DNA of 36,053 bases, taken from the NCBI GenBank assembly GCA_002737125.1, contig NSHP01000002.1, positions 1 through 36,053 on the forward strand, written 5' to 3'. The stretch is from Actinomycetota bacterium. Its GTDB lineage: Bacteria; Actinomycetota; Actinomycetes; S36-B12. Positions 27,021-35,870 of this stretch are shown in pieces. The position numbers and the translations under genes are program-made. Below the pieces are notes generated by a model. The model did not search any database. It was not told where the DNA came from and worked only from the letters and a program-made list of their open reading frames with translations. Each line of letters begins with the position of its first letter. The stretch's first letter is position 1.

Positions 27021-27933
27021 GCCGGTTGACAGCTGGAATGCGCGAACGGCTGCGAAGTGCCGAATCAACTAATGCCACCATCCCCCAAGGTCGGATCAAG
27101 TCATTTGCCGTGAAGACAATCACCATCCAGCCTTGATCTTGCAAAAGGTTTCGCCTGGTGGCATCGTGACGGCGCTGTTTATCCTCCGCGTGCACTATTC
27201 CGTCGTACTCCGCGACAACTCTTTGCTCAGACCACGCCAAATCTACTCGTGCGATCCATTCGCCATCACTGACTATTTCCAGGTTGCACTGCGGCCTAGG
27301 TATCCCAGCCAGTACCAGGTGCGCACGCGTGATTGACTCCCCCGGTGATTCTGATTTGGGATCTAGTAGCGAAATTACTCGGCGAGCGTTTGTCACCCCG
27401 CGACGCCGATGCGCCCAGTGCACCAGCGACTCCAACTCCGCAAGCGAGGTGAGGCCGGAGCGAAGAGCGAAATCCCCCATTGCGACTAGGTGCTCGATCG
27501 GCACCAACGCTGCACAGTCAAGCCATGTGCGCGCCGCAGTCGTGACTTTAAGTCTGTGTATTTGAGTTAGGTGATCGTCGGGCATCATTAGCCGGCGACC
27601 GCGCACCCCGCGCCGCTGGGGCCGAACCCCACCCGCGGCTACCGCAACTGTGTCGGTCTGAGTGCCTTCGAGGACGGCTAGCCATGGCGGTAGCGGTAAC
27701 CCCCACAATCTAGCTGCCGAGACATCAGCTAAAACTGCTTTCGGCCCACAGACCAAACTGGCCGCAGACGCTATTGCCAATCCCCGATCGGCGACCGATA
27801 CCGCATAGCGAACCCCCCGCGACGGCGAGATCAACTTCCTCGTGCGCCCTTCGGCAAGCGTCAAGGCGTCGGGCCGCAATGTCGAAACCAAGCTGGCGCC
27901 GTTTACAACAAACTCCAGTGGAATCTTTGACAT
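27013..27933 (-). CDS. AbiEi-like/PD-(D/E)xK (DUF559-like) endonuclease-fold protein, paralog 2
   Basis: 306 aa. ...TAARTWLDCA...MGDFALRSGL...SESPGESITRAHLVLAGIPRPQCNLEI...ARVDLAWSEQRVVAEYDGIVH...RRNLLQDQGWMVIVFTANDL. Homologous to 14473-15438. The upstream 140 bp is conspicuously AT-rich. Confidence 0.75.
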   Translation of the reverse strand: MSKIPLEFVVNGASLVSTLRPDALTLAEGRTRKLISPSRGVRYAVSVADRGLAIASAASLVCGPKAVLADVSAARLWGLPLPPWLAVLEGTQTDTVAVAAGGVRPQRRGVRGRRLMMPDDHLTQIHRLKVTTAARTWLDCAALVPIEHLVAMGDFALRSGLTSLAELESLVHWAHRRRGVTNARRVISLLDPKSESPGESITRAHLVLAGIPRPQCNLEIVSDGEWIARVDLAWSEQRVVAEYDGIVHAEDKQRRHDATRRNLLQDQGWMVIVFTANDLIRPWGMVALVDSALRSRSRIPAVNRPR

Positions 27934-28075
27934 GTACTAATTACAGCTACTTAGCATTTGTGCTTCAAAATGAAAATTGATCCTGTGCGTGCCGGTCCAA
28001 CGTTGGTAGCCTTGGGGATAACTTTTAAACGTGCCCTGGATTTGGGTAGGCCAGCACAAAGTACCCGAGCACAGA

Positions 28076-28142
28076 TCCGTTGAGTGGTGAGTTGTTACAA
28101 CGTTTTTTGAAAAAAAGTTGTAACAACTCACCACTCAACGGA
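28076..28142. repeat. 67-nt palindrome E3 (one central mismatch)
   Basis: tccgttgagtggtgagttgttacaacgtttttt g aaaaaaagttgtaacaactcaccactcaacgga, centred on 28109. It differs from E2 at three stem positions, each changed on both arms so that pairing is kept. Confidence 0.95.
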
Positions 28143-28189
28143 GAAGGCCAACGGAGAAAGCCAACGGACATCGGGATGAGCGGCTCAGG

Positions 28190-29155
28190 CTAGAAAAGGG
28201 CGTTGGCTAATGCAGTGCGTGCACCGGCGACTGCAGGGTCCTCGCCTGCAAGGATAAACAACTCGAGCATCCGCGCCCGCACCAAATCCCGATCCGCCCC
28301 CGATGAAGCTCTCACGCAGACAACAAGTCGATCGAATGCTAGCGACCAGCGACCAGCGAGTGCGTCAAAGTCGGCGGTGGCGCATTGCACCCGCACATCA
28401 CTTGCAGCATCGATTTGCTCAGCTATGGCGCGCAATTCCCCCTCGTCTTCACCTTGGGTGCGCCGATACAAGCCCACCATCGCCAGCCCTGCCTGCGCAT
28501 CGCGATCAGCAGGGTCAGCGTCAAGAATCAACCGATAGGCTGCCGCGGCCGCATCCCAATCACCGGCTTCAATAGCATCGAATGCCGCGTCAAACCTTGG
28601 ATCCGCTGCAGGCTCGGTAGTTGCTTCCATCGTTGTCGCCTCAGTTGTCGGTTGGCTTGGGTCAGTAGTTAAAGTCCCGGTGACTCCCTGCTCGGCTGCC
28701 ACCTTCAATAACTCGTCCAGAATTTGCCTAATCTGCGGCTCCGGATAGGCGCCTTGGAAAAGTGGAACCGGCTGCCCCTTAATCACCGCGAAAACCGACG
28801 GAATCGACTGCACCTGGAATGCAGCTGCCACCCGCTTTTCAGCGTCAACATCAACTTTGGCAAGGATCCAGAGACCGCCATCCTCAGCAGCCAATTTCTC
28901 CAAGATCGGCGACAGTTGTTTACACGGCCCACACCACTCGGCCCAAAGGTCAAGTACCACGGGCACGGTCATCGAGCGATCAATCACTTCCGTCTGGAAA
29001 CTGGCCTCGGTGACATCGATTACCACCCCGGCCGGGGCATTTGCCAAAGCTGCGGCGGCCTGCTGTTGGTTTTGACGCGCCGAAGCAAGGGCACCGAGAT
29101 CAATGGCACCGCGGCCAGAAAATGGAGTTGAAGTCACCCCCCTATCTTCCACCAT
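28190..29155 (-). CDS. thioredoxin-domain protein with C-terminal TPR-like region (YbbN/Rv1324-like)
   Basis: 321 aa. Has a WCGPC active site (LWAEWCGPCKQL), then an Ala/Asp-rich helical C-terminal half. Confidence 0.85.
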   Translation of the reverse strand: MVEDRGVTSTPFSGRGAIDLGALASARQNQQQAAAALANAPAGVVIDVTEASFQTEVIDRSMTVPVVLDLWAEWCGPCKQLSPILEKLAAEDGGLWILAKVDVDAEKRVAAAFQVQSIPSVFAVIKGQPVPLFQGAYPEPQIRQILDELLKVAAEQGVTGTLTTDPSQPTTEATTMEATTEPAADPRFDAAFDAIEAGDWDAAAAAYRLILDADPADRDAQAGLAMVGLYRRTQGEDEGELRAIAEQIDAASDVRVQCATADFDALAGRWSLAFDRLVVCVRASSGADRDLVRARMLELFILAGEDPAVAGARTALANALF

Positions 29156-29199
29156 GGGGGTCTTTGCCCCGCCCGACCCCTATCAAGGACACTAAGCGG

Positions 29200-29673
29200 G
29201 TGCATATTTCGGCCAAGGCAGACTATGGGATGCGCGCACTCCTCGAACTCACTGTCGCATACGTCGTGGACCCAAAACATTTGGTCAAGGGTGAAGCCAT
29301 CGCCACTACCCAAGGCATCCCGCTGAAATTCCTCGAAGGGATTCTGCGGCAGTTACGTCAAACCGGAATTGTTGCAAGTCAGCGTGGAGCCGATGGCGGC
29401 TACCGACTTGACCGCGGCCCAACTCAGGTCACCATCGCCGATGTAGTTCGCGCACTTGACGGGCCCCTTGCCGCCGTTCGAGGCCAACGACCCGAAGATG
29501 TTGAGTATGTGGGGGCCGCGGAGCACTTGTCCGAGGTCTGGATTGCTGTACGCGCATCAATGCGCCACGTTCTGGAGAACATCACCCTCGCCGATGTGGC
29601 CTCCAACAAATTACCCGCCGAAGTCACGGTCCTGCTTGCCGAGCCTGGTGCCTGGCAGCGTAGAACTAACTAA
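29200..29673 (+). CDS. Rrf2 family transcriptional regulator
   Basis: From GTG 29200, with AAGGA 11 nt upstream: (V)HISAKADYGMRALLELT...IPLKFLEGILRQLRQTGIVASQRGADGGYRL. The longer ORF-track start would overlap the divergent thioredoxin gene. Confidence 0.85.
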   Translation: MHISAKADYGMRALLELTVAYVVDPKHLVKGEAIATTQGIPLKFLEGILRQLRQTGIVASQRGADGGYRLDRGPTQVTIADVVRALDGPLAAVRGQRPEDVEYVGAAEHLSEVWIAVRASMRHVLENITLADVASNKLPAEVTVLLAEPGAWQRRTN

Positions 29674-30613
29674 GTTGCTCCGCGGCTACATAGGCGTCCA
29701 TGGCGCCATCAAGTACTGCTTCGCTCAGCGAATCTATCTCGGCACCGCGAATCGCTAGGCGCGATTTAGTCTCGCCAATTACCAGCGCGCAGATTTCATC
29801 TTTGATCCGGCGAAGCTTTCGCGCTCTATCTTGCCCACTGCCGATTAGCCAAATGCGATGCTCGTCAATGGCGGCCAGCAGGAAGTCAATGCCGTCGCCA
29901 AGTGATGCGACCGTCTTTAATACCGGTGGCCGCCAACCCTCGTGGTGGCCCAGTGCGATCATGTGCCGTAATTCTCGAACCGTGGTTTCGGCACCCTCGC
30001 GATCGGCCTTATTCACCACAAAGATGTCGCCAATTTCGAGAATGCCGGCTTTAGCCGCTTGGATACTGTCGCCCATCCCGGGAGCGATTAACACGACGGA
30101 AGTATCGGCGGTCGCGGCGACCTCTACTTCTGATTGGCCAACACCAACAGTTTCAATAAGCACCGCAGCAAAACCTGCGGCATCAAGTACCCGAATTACC
30201 TGCGGGGTGGTCGCCGCCAACCCCCCAAGATGCCCACGGGATGCCATTGACCTGATGAAGACGCCCTCATCGGTTGCGTGTTGCTGCATTCGAATTCGAT
30301 CACCCAAGAGTGCGCCACCAGAGAACGGCGAGGATGGGTCTACCGCCAAAACAGCCACCCGATCACCCCGGGCCCGAAACGCCGAAACCAGCGCGGAGGT
30401 AGTGGTGGATTTACCGACCCCGGGTGCCCCCGTGATACCAATTACCTGAGCACGCCCGGCGAACCCAGCCAGTGCCTGCATGGCTTCGCGGGCATCGGCC
30501 GAACCGTCTTCAATGCGGGAAATCAATCGCGCAATATCGCGCTGCTCGCCCGCTTGGGCACCAGCAATCAAACCTAAAACACTCACCCGCTGATCATCTC
30601 GCAACTTCGGCAA
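29666..30613 (-). CDS. meaB: methylmalonyl-CoA mutase-associated G3E GTPase (MeaB/ArgK family)
   Basis: P-loop GAPGVGKSTT, then DPSSPFSGGALLGDRIRM, ETVGVGQSE and VVNKADR. Start is uncertain: TTG 30613 directly abuts the thiolase stop, and GTG 30586 is an alternative. Confidence 0.85.
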   Translation of the reverse strand: MPKLRDDQRVSVLGLIAGAQAGEQRDIARLISRIEDGSADAREAMQALAGFAGRAQVIGITGAPGVGKSTTTSALVSAFRARGDRVAVLAVDPSSPFSGGALLGDRIRMQQHATDEGVFIRSMASRGHLGGLAATTPQVIRVLDAAGFAAVLIETVGVGQSEVEVAATADTSVVLIAPGMGDSIQAAKAGILEIGDIFVVNKADREGAETTVRELRHMIALGHHEGWRPPVLKTVASLGDGIDFLLAAIDEHRIWLIGSGQDRARKLRRIKDEICALVIGETKSRLAIRGAEIDSLSEAVLDGAMDAYVAAEQLS

Positions 30614-31810
30614 TCAGGCTTTAGGCACGCGCACCAGCAGCGCATCACCTTGGCCGCCGCCGCCGCAAAGTGCCGCCGCACCGGTGCCACCGCCGCGTCG
30701 CTGCAGCTCGAGCGCTAGGTGCAACACAATTCTGGCACCTGACATCCCGACGGGGTGACCCATGGAGATCGCGCCGCCGTTGACGTTGACGATTTCTCCG
30801 GACACCCCAAGCGCCTTACTCGAAACCACGCCCACCGCAGCAAACGCCTCATTAATTTCGAGGAGATCAAGATCGCTAACGGCGATACCCTCGCGCCGAC
30901 ATGCTTTCAGGATCGCATTCGCCGGCTGCTCCTGCAATGAGGCATCCGGGCCAGCCACCACCCCGTGGCTGCCGATTTCAGCAAGCCATGTCAGACCAAG
31001 TTCTTCGGCCTTCTTCTTGCTCATGACAACAACCGCGCAGGCCCCATCGGAGATCTGCGATGCACTACCAGCTGTGATGGTGCCGTCTTTGGTGAATGCC
31101 GGTCGTAGCCCCGCCAGAGATTCAGTCGTGGTTTCCGCCCGCACCCCTTCATCAGCACTGAAAATTATTGGATCACCCTTACGCTGCTTGATCTGCACCG
31201 GCGTGATTTCGTTGTCGAAAACGCCACTTAACTGCCCGGCAGCTGCGCGCTGGTGTGACGCAGCCGAGAAAGCGTCCTGCTCCTCGCGAGTTAGGTCATA
31301 TCGGGCATTGTGCTTCTCGGTGCTCTCGCCCATCCCACATTCATCAAATGCGCAGGTCAGCGCGTCATAGGCCATTGAGTCGACCATGGTCCAGTCGCCG
31401 TACTTGGTGCCCTCACGCGAGCCCAATAGGAGGTGGGGCGCGTTGGTCATCGACTCCATGCCGCCGGCCACTATGCAGTCAAACTCGCCGCCGCGGATCA
31501 ACTGATCGGCAAGGGCAATCGCGTCGATCCCCGATAGGCAAACCTTGTTGATCAAAAGTGACGGCACATTCATGCTGATGCCGCCCTTCACCGCTGCCTG
31601 GCGAGCCGGCATTTGGCCGGCGCCGGCCTGCAGCACCTGGCCCATGATCACGTAGTCGACCTGATCTGGTGCCACCCCAGCTCGTTCTAAGGCAGCCTTG
31701 ATAGCCATGCCCCCGAGGTCGGTGCTGCTAAAGGACTTCAAAGACCCCAACAGGCGCCCGATCGGAGTCCGGGCTCCGGCAACAATCACTGAACCATTGT
31801 CGAACGACAT
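30614..31810 (-). CDS. acetyl-CoA C-acetyltransferase (thiolase II)
   Basis: 398 aa. [12 protein letters not shown] (active-site Cys), [20 protein letters not shown] and [14 protein letters not shown] are thiolase signatures. Confidence 0.9.
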   Translation of the reverse strand: MSFDNGSVIVAGARTPIGRLLGSLKSFSSTDLGGMAIKAALERAGVAPDQVDYVIMGQVLQAGAGQMPARQAAVKGGISMNVPSLLINKVCLSGIDAIALADQLIRGGEFDCIVAGGMESMTNAPHLLLGSREGTKYGDWTMVDSMAYDALTCAFDECGMGESTEKHNARYDLTREEQDAFSAASHQRAAAGQLSGVFDNEITPVQIKQRKGDPIIFSADEGVRAETTTESLAGLRPAFTKDGTITAGSASQISDGACAVVVMSKKKAEELGLTWLAEIGSHGVVAGPDASLQEQPANAILKACRREGIAVSDLDLLEINEAFAAVGVVSSKALGVSGEIVNVNGGAISMGHPVGMSGARIVLHLALELQRRGGGTGAAALCGGGGQGDALLVRVPKA

Positions 31811-31870
31811 GCGGGCTCCTTAGTGTCCACTTGACTACCGGTTTGGCCTTGACAATGCGACCATAGGGCT

Positions 31871-32341
31871 ATGACGACACATTCTACGAATTCAGCCACC
31901 CCCTTGCATTCGACCCCAGTTGGTGGCTCCGAGGCGCTGCTCACCCAACTGGACCATGTCGGGTTCGCGGTGCCAGATCTTGAAGTGGCCAAGGAGTTCT
32001 ACGGACGAGTTTTTGGCCTCAAGGTTGTGCACGAGGAGGTCAACGAGGCCCAAGGGGTCCGCGAGGCGATGCTCGGTGTCGGCGATTCCTGTATCCAATT
32101 ACTCGCCCCCCTAGGCCCAGAATCGACAATCGCGAAGTTCATCGACCGATCTGGCCCCGGTATCCAACAGGTGGCCTATCGGGTTACCGATATTAGGGCG
32201 GTCGCCGCCACTTTGCGCGAGCGTGGGATCCGAGTGCTCTACGACGAGCCCAAAATCGGCACCGCAGGATCACTGGTGAACTTCGCCCATCCAAAGGACT
32301 GCGGCGGGGTGCTGATCGAGCTCGTCCAACCCGCGAACTAA
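31871..32341 (+). CDS. mce: methylmalonyl-CoA epimerase (VOC family)
   Basis: 156 aa. LDHVGFAVPDLEVAKEFY...IQLLAPLGPESTIAKFIDRSGPGIQQVAYRVTDI...GGVLIELVQ. Confidence 0.85.
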   Translation: MTTHSTNSATPLHSTPVGGSEALLTQLDHVGFAVPDLEVAKEFYGRVFGLKVVHEEVNEAQGVREAMLGVGDSCIQLLAPLGPESTIAKFIDRSGPGIQQVAYRVTDIRAVAATLRERGIRVLYDEPKIGTAGSLVNFAHPKDCGGVLIELVQPAN

Positions 32342-32568
32342 TGGAACTCACGAACCTCGAGATTGCCGGCTGGGGCGCCACCCCAGAACAACTCCAGGCC
32401 GCGGCTGCGATCACCATCGGGATTTTTGGGGCCATCGTGGTCATCCTCATCATCCGCCGGGCCACCAAATTGCTCACCATCACCCTCATCGGGGTCGTCA
32501 TAATCGTGGGCTGGTGGGGGGTCCGCAACGGACTTCTGACATCATTCCTTGATGCAAACCCTCATTGA
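32341..32568 (+). CDS. small (75 aa) two-TM membrane protein, translationally coupled between mce and ccr
   Basis: ATG 32341 overlaps the mce TAA (TAATG). It has two hydrophobic helices (AAAITIGIFGAIVVILII; LTITLIGVVIIVGWWGV). Its 3' end overlaps the ccr start by 20 nt. No family recognised. Confidence 0.45.
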   Translation: MELTNLEIAGWGATPEQLQAAAAITIGIFGAIVVILIIRRATKLLTITLIGVVIIVGWWGVRNGLLTSFLDANPH

Positions 32569-33889
32569 TGCCGTAGCCGCCGGCGCTGATAACGCTGATT
32601 TCGCTTCACTCGCACTACCGGAGTCCTATCGTGCAGTCACAGTCCACAAGGACGAAGCCAGCATGTTCGATGGCATGGCGTCGCGCGATAAAGACCCACG
32701 ACGCTCACTGCATCTAGATGACGTACCGGTTCCTGAGCTCGCTCCAGGTGAGGCATTGATCGCCGTCATGGCCTCAAGTATTAATTACAATACGGTTTGG
32801 ACTTCAATATTTGAGCCGGTTTCTACATTTGGGTTCCTGGAGCGCTACGGCAAGTTGAACCCCCATGCGAAACGTCACGACCTGCCCTATCACATCATCG
32901 GCTCGGACGCGTCCGGAGTAGTGCTGCGCACCGGACCTGGAGTTCACCTTTGGAAGCCCGGTGACGAAGTTGTCGCGCACTGCCTAAGTGTGGAGCTGGA
33001 ATCCCCGCTCGGCCATAACGACACCATGCTTGATCCTGAGCAGCGCATCTGGGGCTTTGAAACCAACTTCGGCGGCTTGGCCCAACTTGCCATCGTCAAA
33101 TCAAATCAGTTGCTGCAAAAGCCCGCGCATCTTACTTGGGAAGAAGCCGCAAGTCCGGGCCTCGTTAATTCCACGGCATACCGTCAACTGGTTTCACGCA
33201 ATGGTGCCGGGATGAAGCAGGGCGATGTCGTGCTCATCTGGGGTGCTTCCGGTGGCCTTGGTTCATACGCCACGCAATACGCCCTCAATGGTGGTGCCAC
33301 CCCGGTCTGCATGGTTTCAAGCCCGCAGAAGGCGCAGATCTGCCGAGACCTCGGTGCGGAGTTGATCATCGATCGCAATGCTGAGGATTACCGATTCTGG
33401 AAGGACGAGAACACTCAGGACCCAAAGGAGTGGCAACGTCTGGGTAAAAAGATTCGTGAATTGACCGGTGGCGACGATGTCGACATCGTCTTTGAGCATC
33501 CAGGCCGAGAAACGTTTGGCGCCAGTGTCTACGTAGCACGCAAGGGCGGCACCATCGTGACCTGCGCCTCGACTTCCGGCTACATGCATGAATATGACAA
33601 TCGCTATTTGTGGATGAATCTCAAGCGTATTATTGGTAGCCATTTCGCCAACTACCGCGAGGCGTACGAGGCCAATCGCATGGTTGCGCGCGGCATGATT
33701 CACCCGACACTCTCGAAGACATTTAACTTGGAAAATGCCGGTGAGGCCGCATTCGAAGTCCATCACAACCTGCATCAGGGCAAGGTCGGAGTACTTTGCC
33801 TAGCTCCACATGAGGGCTTGGGGGTACGTGACCATGAATTACGTGCGAAGCACCTAACCGACATCAACCGCTTTCGAGATTCCAACTGA
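32549..33889 (+). CDS. ccr: crotonyl-CoA carboxylase/reductase
   Basis: 446 aa. ADFASLALPESYRAVTVHKDEASMFDG...RDKDPRRSLHLDDVPVPELAPGEALIAVMASSINYNTVWTSIFEPVSTFGFLERYG closely follows the Ccr N-terminal pattern. Confidence 0.9.
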   Translation: MMQTLIDAVAAGADNADFASLALPESYRAVTVHKDEASMFDGMASRDKDPRRSLHLDDVPVPELAPGEALIAVMASSINYNTVWTSIFEPVSTFGFLERYGKLNPHAKRHDLPYHIIGSDASGVVLRTGPGVHLWKPGDEVVAHCLSVELESPLGHNDTMLDPEQRIWGFETNFGGLAQLAIVKSNQLLQKPAHLTWEEAASPGLVNSTAYRQLVSRNGAGMKQGDVVLIWGASGGLGSYATQYALNGGATPVCMVSSPQKAQICRDLGAELIIDRNAEDYRFWKDENTQDPKEWQRLGKKIRELTGGDDVDIVFEHPGRETFGASVYVARKGGTIVTCASTSGYMHEYDNRYLWMNLKRIIGSHFANYREAYEANRMVARGMIHPTLSKTFNLENAGEAAFEVHHNLHQGKVGVLCLAPHEGLGVRDHELRAKHLTDINRFRDSN

Positions 33890-33909
33890 TTAACACTTAA
33901 CATCAGCAC

Positions 33910-35814
33910 ATGAGCAACGCCGTGACTCCTGCGATGCCTTGGCAGGTGGGCCGAGCCGGCTTGCCCTTGGGTTACCTGCCGGGTCTTGATGGCATTCGTG
34001 CGTTAGCGGTCATCGGTGTACTTCTTTATCACGGTGATGTCGGCGGGCTCCAGGGTGGATTTCTCGGTGTCGACGTCTTCTTCGTCCTCAGCGGATTCCT
34101 GATTACTTCAATCATCCTCGAGGAGTTCGACAAGTTCGGGCGCATTGACTTTAAACAGTTTTATCTAGGACGCGCTCGACGACTCCTGCCGGCTTTGGTA
34201 CTGATGTTGCTTGTCGTAGGTGTAGCCACTGCCATCTTCTACCGTGATGCAGCGCACCAATTTGCAAGTGATGCACTTGCCTCCATCTTCTACGTAAACA
34301 ACTGGTGGTACATCTTCGCCGACCAGTCATACTTTGCGTTCACCGGACGGCCGCCATTTCTAAAGCACCTCTGGTCACTTTCGGTCGAAGAGCAGTTCTA
34401 TTTGATTTGGCCGGCAATCGCCTACCTGTGCGTGCGAAAGTTCGGACGTCGCGGCGTCGCGCTACTCGCTGCAGTTGTTGCGGTCATGTCGACCGCGTGG
34501 ATGCTCTACCTAACTGTCGCAAATGGTTACCCCGATTTCGCTGATCCCAGCCGCGCCTACTTCGGTACCGACTCACACATCTCAGGACTACTAGTCGGAG
34601 CGCTGCTTGCCACCTGCTGGCGCCCGGCCCGATTGACAGCAGTAATTCCAAGGAGAGCTCGCATCCTCGGTACCACAGTTGGCGCTTTCGCCGGCCTGGC
34701 AATCATCACTATTTTCTTGCGGGCTGGCGAGTTCAGCCCTTGGCTCTACCGGGGTGGGTTCTTAGGGATCGCCCTTGTCACCGCGGTTCTCATTGCCAGT
34801 GCAACCCACCCGGGGTTACCGCTCGGCCGCTGGATCGGCTCCCAACCTTGGCGCTATATCGGACAGCGCTCCTACGGCCTTTATCTTTGGCATTGGCCGA
34901 TCTTCATGGTTACCCGACCAATGCTTGATATCGAATTGGACCCCTTAGCGCTTCTAGCCTTGAGATTGGCTTTGACATTTACGATCGCCGAGGCCAGCTT
35001 TAGATTCATCGAGTTGCCCATTCGGCGCGAGGTGATTGATCGATGGGTGCAGTCTTGGCGAGAGTCCGCCGGTGCTGATCGACAACGTCAGACTCGAATC
35101 GGCGTTCGGGTGGCCGTGTGGTCATCGGTTGGCGTGGTGGCCCTTGGCGCCGCCTTGGTTACCACCGAAGTCGCAATCGCCCCAGATGTTGTGGCGGCCA
35201 TCGAGGATGGGCGGCCGGGCACTACCGAAGTCACCCTTGACGAATATCCAATTCCGGTAGCCAGTGCGATTCCGGCCGCCAGTGCAACTTCATCCCCAGC
35301 GCCTACCTCGTCACAGCTGCCGTCCGCAACAATTACTCCCACATTTGATCCCGGCCTGGCCAGCGCCATCGGTGACTCCGTGCTGCTTGGTGCCCGTAAC
35401 GCAGTCAAAGCTGCGATACCGGGGATTCGAGTCGACGCATCGGTAGCCCGGATGCCTGGTGCATTTATCGACGATATTCGGAAGTTAATTGTGGATGACA
35501 AACTCGCACCTATTGTGGTTATTCACCCCGGCACCAACGGGGTACTTACCGAGAATATGTTGAGAAATATGCTTGACCAGCTCGTCGACTACCCCAGGGT
35601 CGTAGTGGTAAATACCGATGTACCGCGGGTTTGGCGCGACCCCAATAACGAAGTTGTTGCCCAGGTGGTGCCCGACTATCCAAATGCCGTCATCGCCGAC
35701 TGGTACACCGTCAGCACCGGTAAGCGCGACTACTTCGCCTCTGATGGGGTACACCTAACGGCTAAAGGAGCCGCAGCGTACGCCAAGGTTATTAAGGAAG
35801 CGACCGGTCTCTAG
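33910..35814 (+). CDS. acyltransferase-3 (OafA/OatA-like) membrane protein with C-terminal SGNH hydrolase-like domain
   Basis: 634 aa. LDGIRALAVIGVLLYH, FFVLSGFLIT, HLWSLSVEEQFY and about 10 TM helices. A Ser/Pro/Ala linker follows, then the C-terminal domain GDSVLLG...HPGTNG...DGVHLT. Confidence 0.85.
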   Translation: MSNAVTPAMPWQVGRAGLPLGYLPGLDGIRALAVIGVLLYHGDVGGLQGGFLGVDVFFVLSGFLITSIILEEFDKFGRIDFKQFYLGRARRLLPALVLMLLVVGVATAIFYRDAAHQFASDALASIFYVNNWWYIFADQSYFAFTGRPPFLKHLWSLSVEEQFYLIWPAIAYLCVRKFGRRGVALLAAVVAVMSTAWMLYLTVANGYPDFADPSRAYFGTDSHISGLLVGALLATCWRPARLTAVIPRRARILGTTVGAFAGLAIITIFLRAGEFSPWLYRGGFLGIALVTAVLIASATHPGLPLGRWIGSQPWRYIGQRSYGLYLWHWPIFMVTRPMLDIELDPLALLALRLALTFTIAEASFRFIELPIRREVIDRWVQSWRESAGADRQRQTRIGVRVAVWSSVGVVALGAALVTTEVAIAPDVVAAIEDGRPGTTEVTLDEYPIPVASAIPAASATSSPAPTSSQLPSATITPTFDPGLASAIGDSVLLGARNAVKAAIPGIRVDASVARMPGAFIDDIRKLIVDDKLAPIVVIHPGTNGVLTENMLRNMLDQLVDYPRVVVVNTDVPRVWRDPNNEVVAQVVPDYPNAVIADWYTVSTGKRDYFASDGVHLTAKGAAAYAKVIKEATGL

Positions 35815-35870
35815 CGAACCGAGCGTATTTGGGCGCACAGTTTGGGTCAGCTAGTTTTTGGGGGTTGGTG

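Noticed and set aside
26779-28134. Short ORFs 26779-27012 and 27937-28134 sharing ...NFFSK.V.T.HHST...
   Set aside because: The shared peptide is just the translation of palindromic elements E2 and E3, so they are not independent genes.
22354-28142. CRISPR array formed by the repeated GTTGAGTGGTGAG... elements
   Set aside because: There are only three copies, 1.1-4.5 kb apart, each a self-complementary 59-67-nt palindrome separated by full genes. There is no regular repeat-spacer structure and no cas genes.
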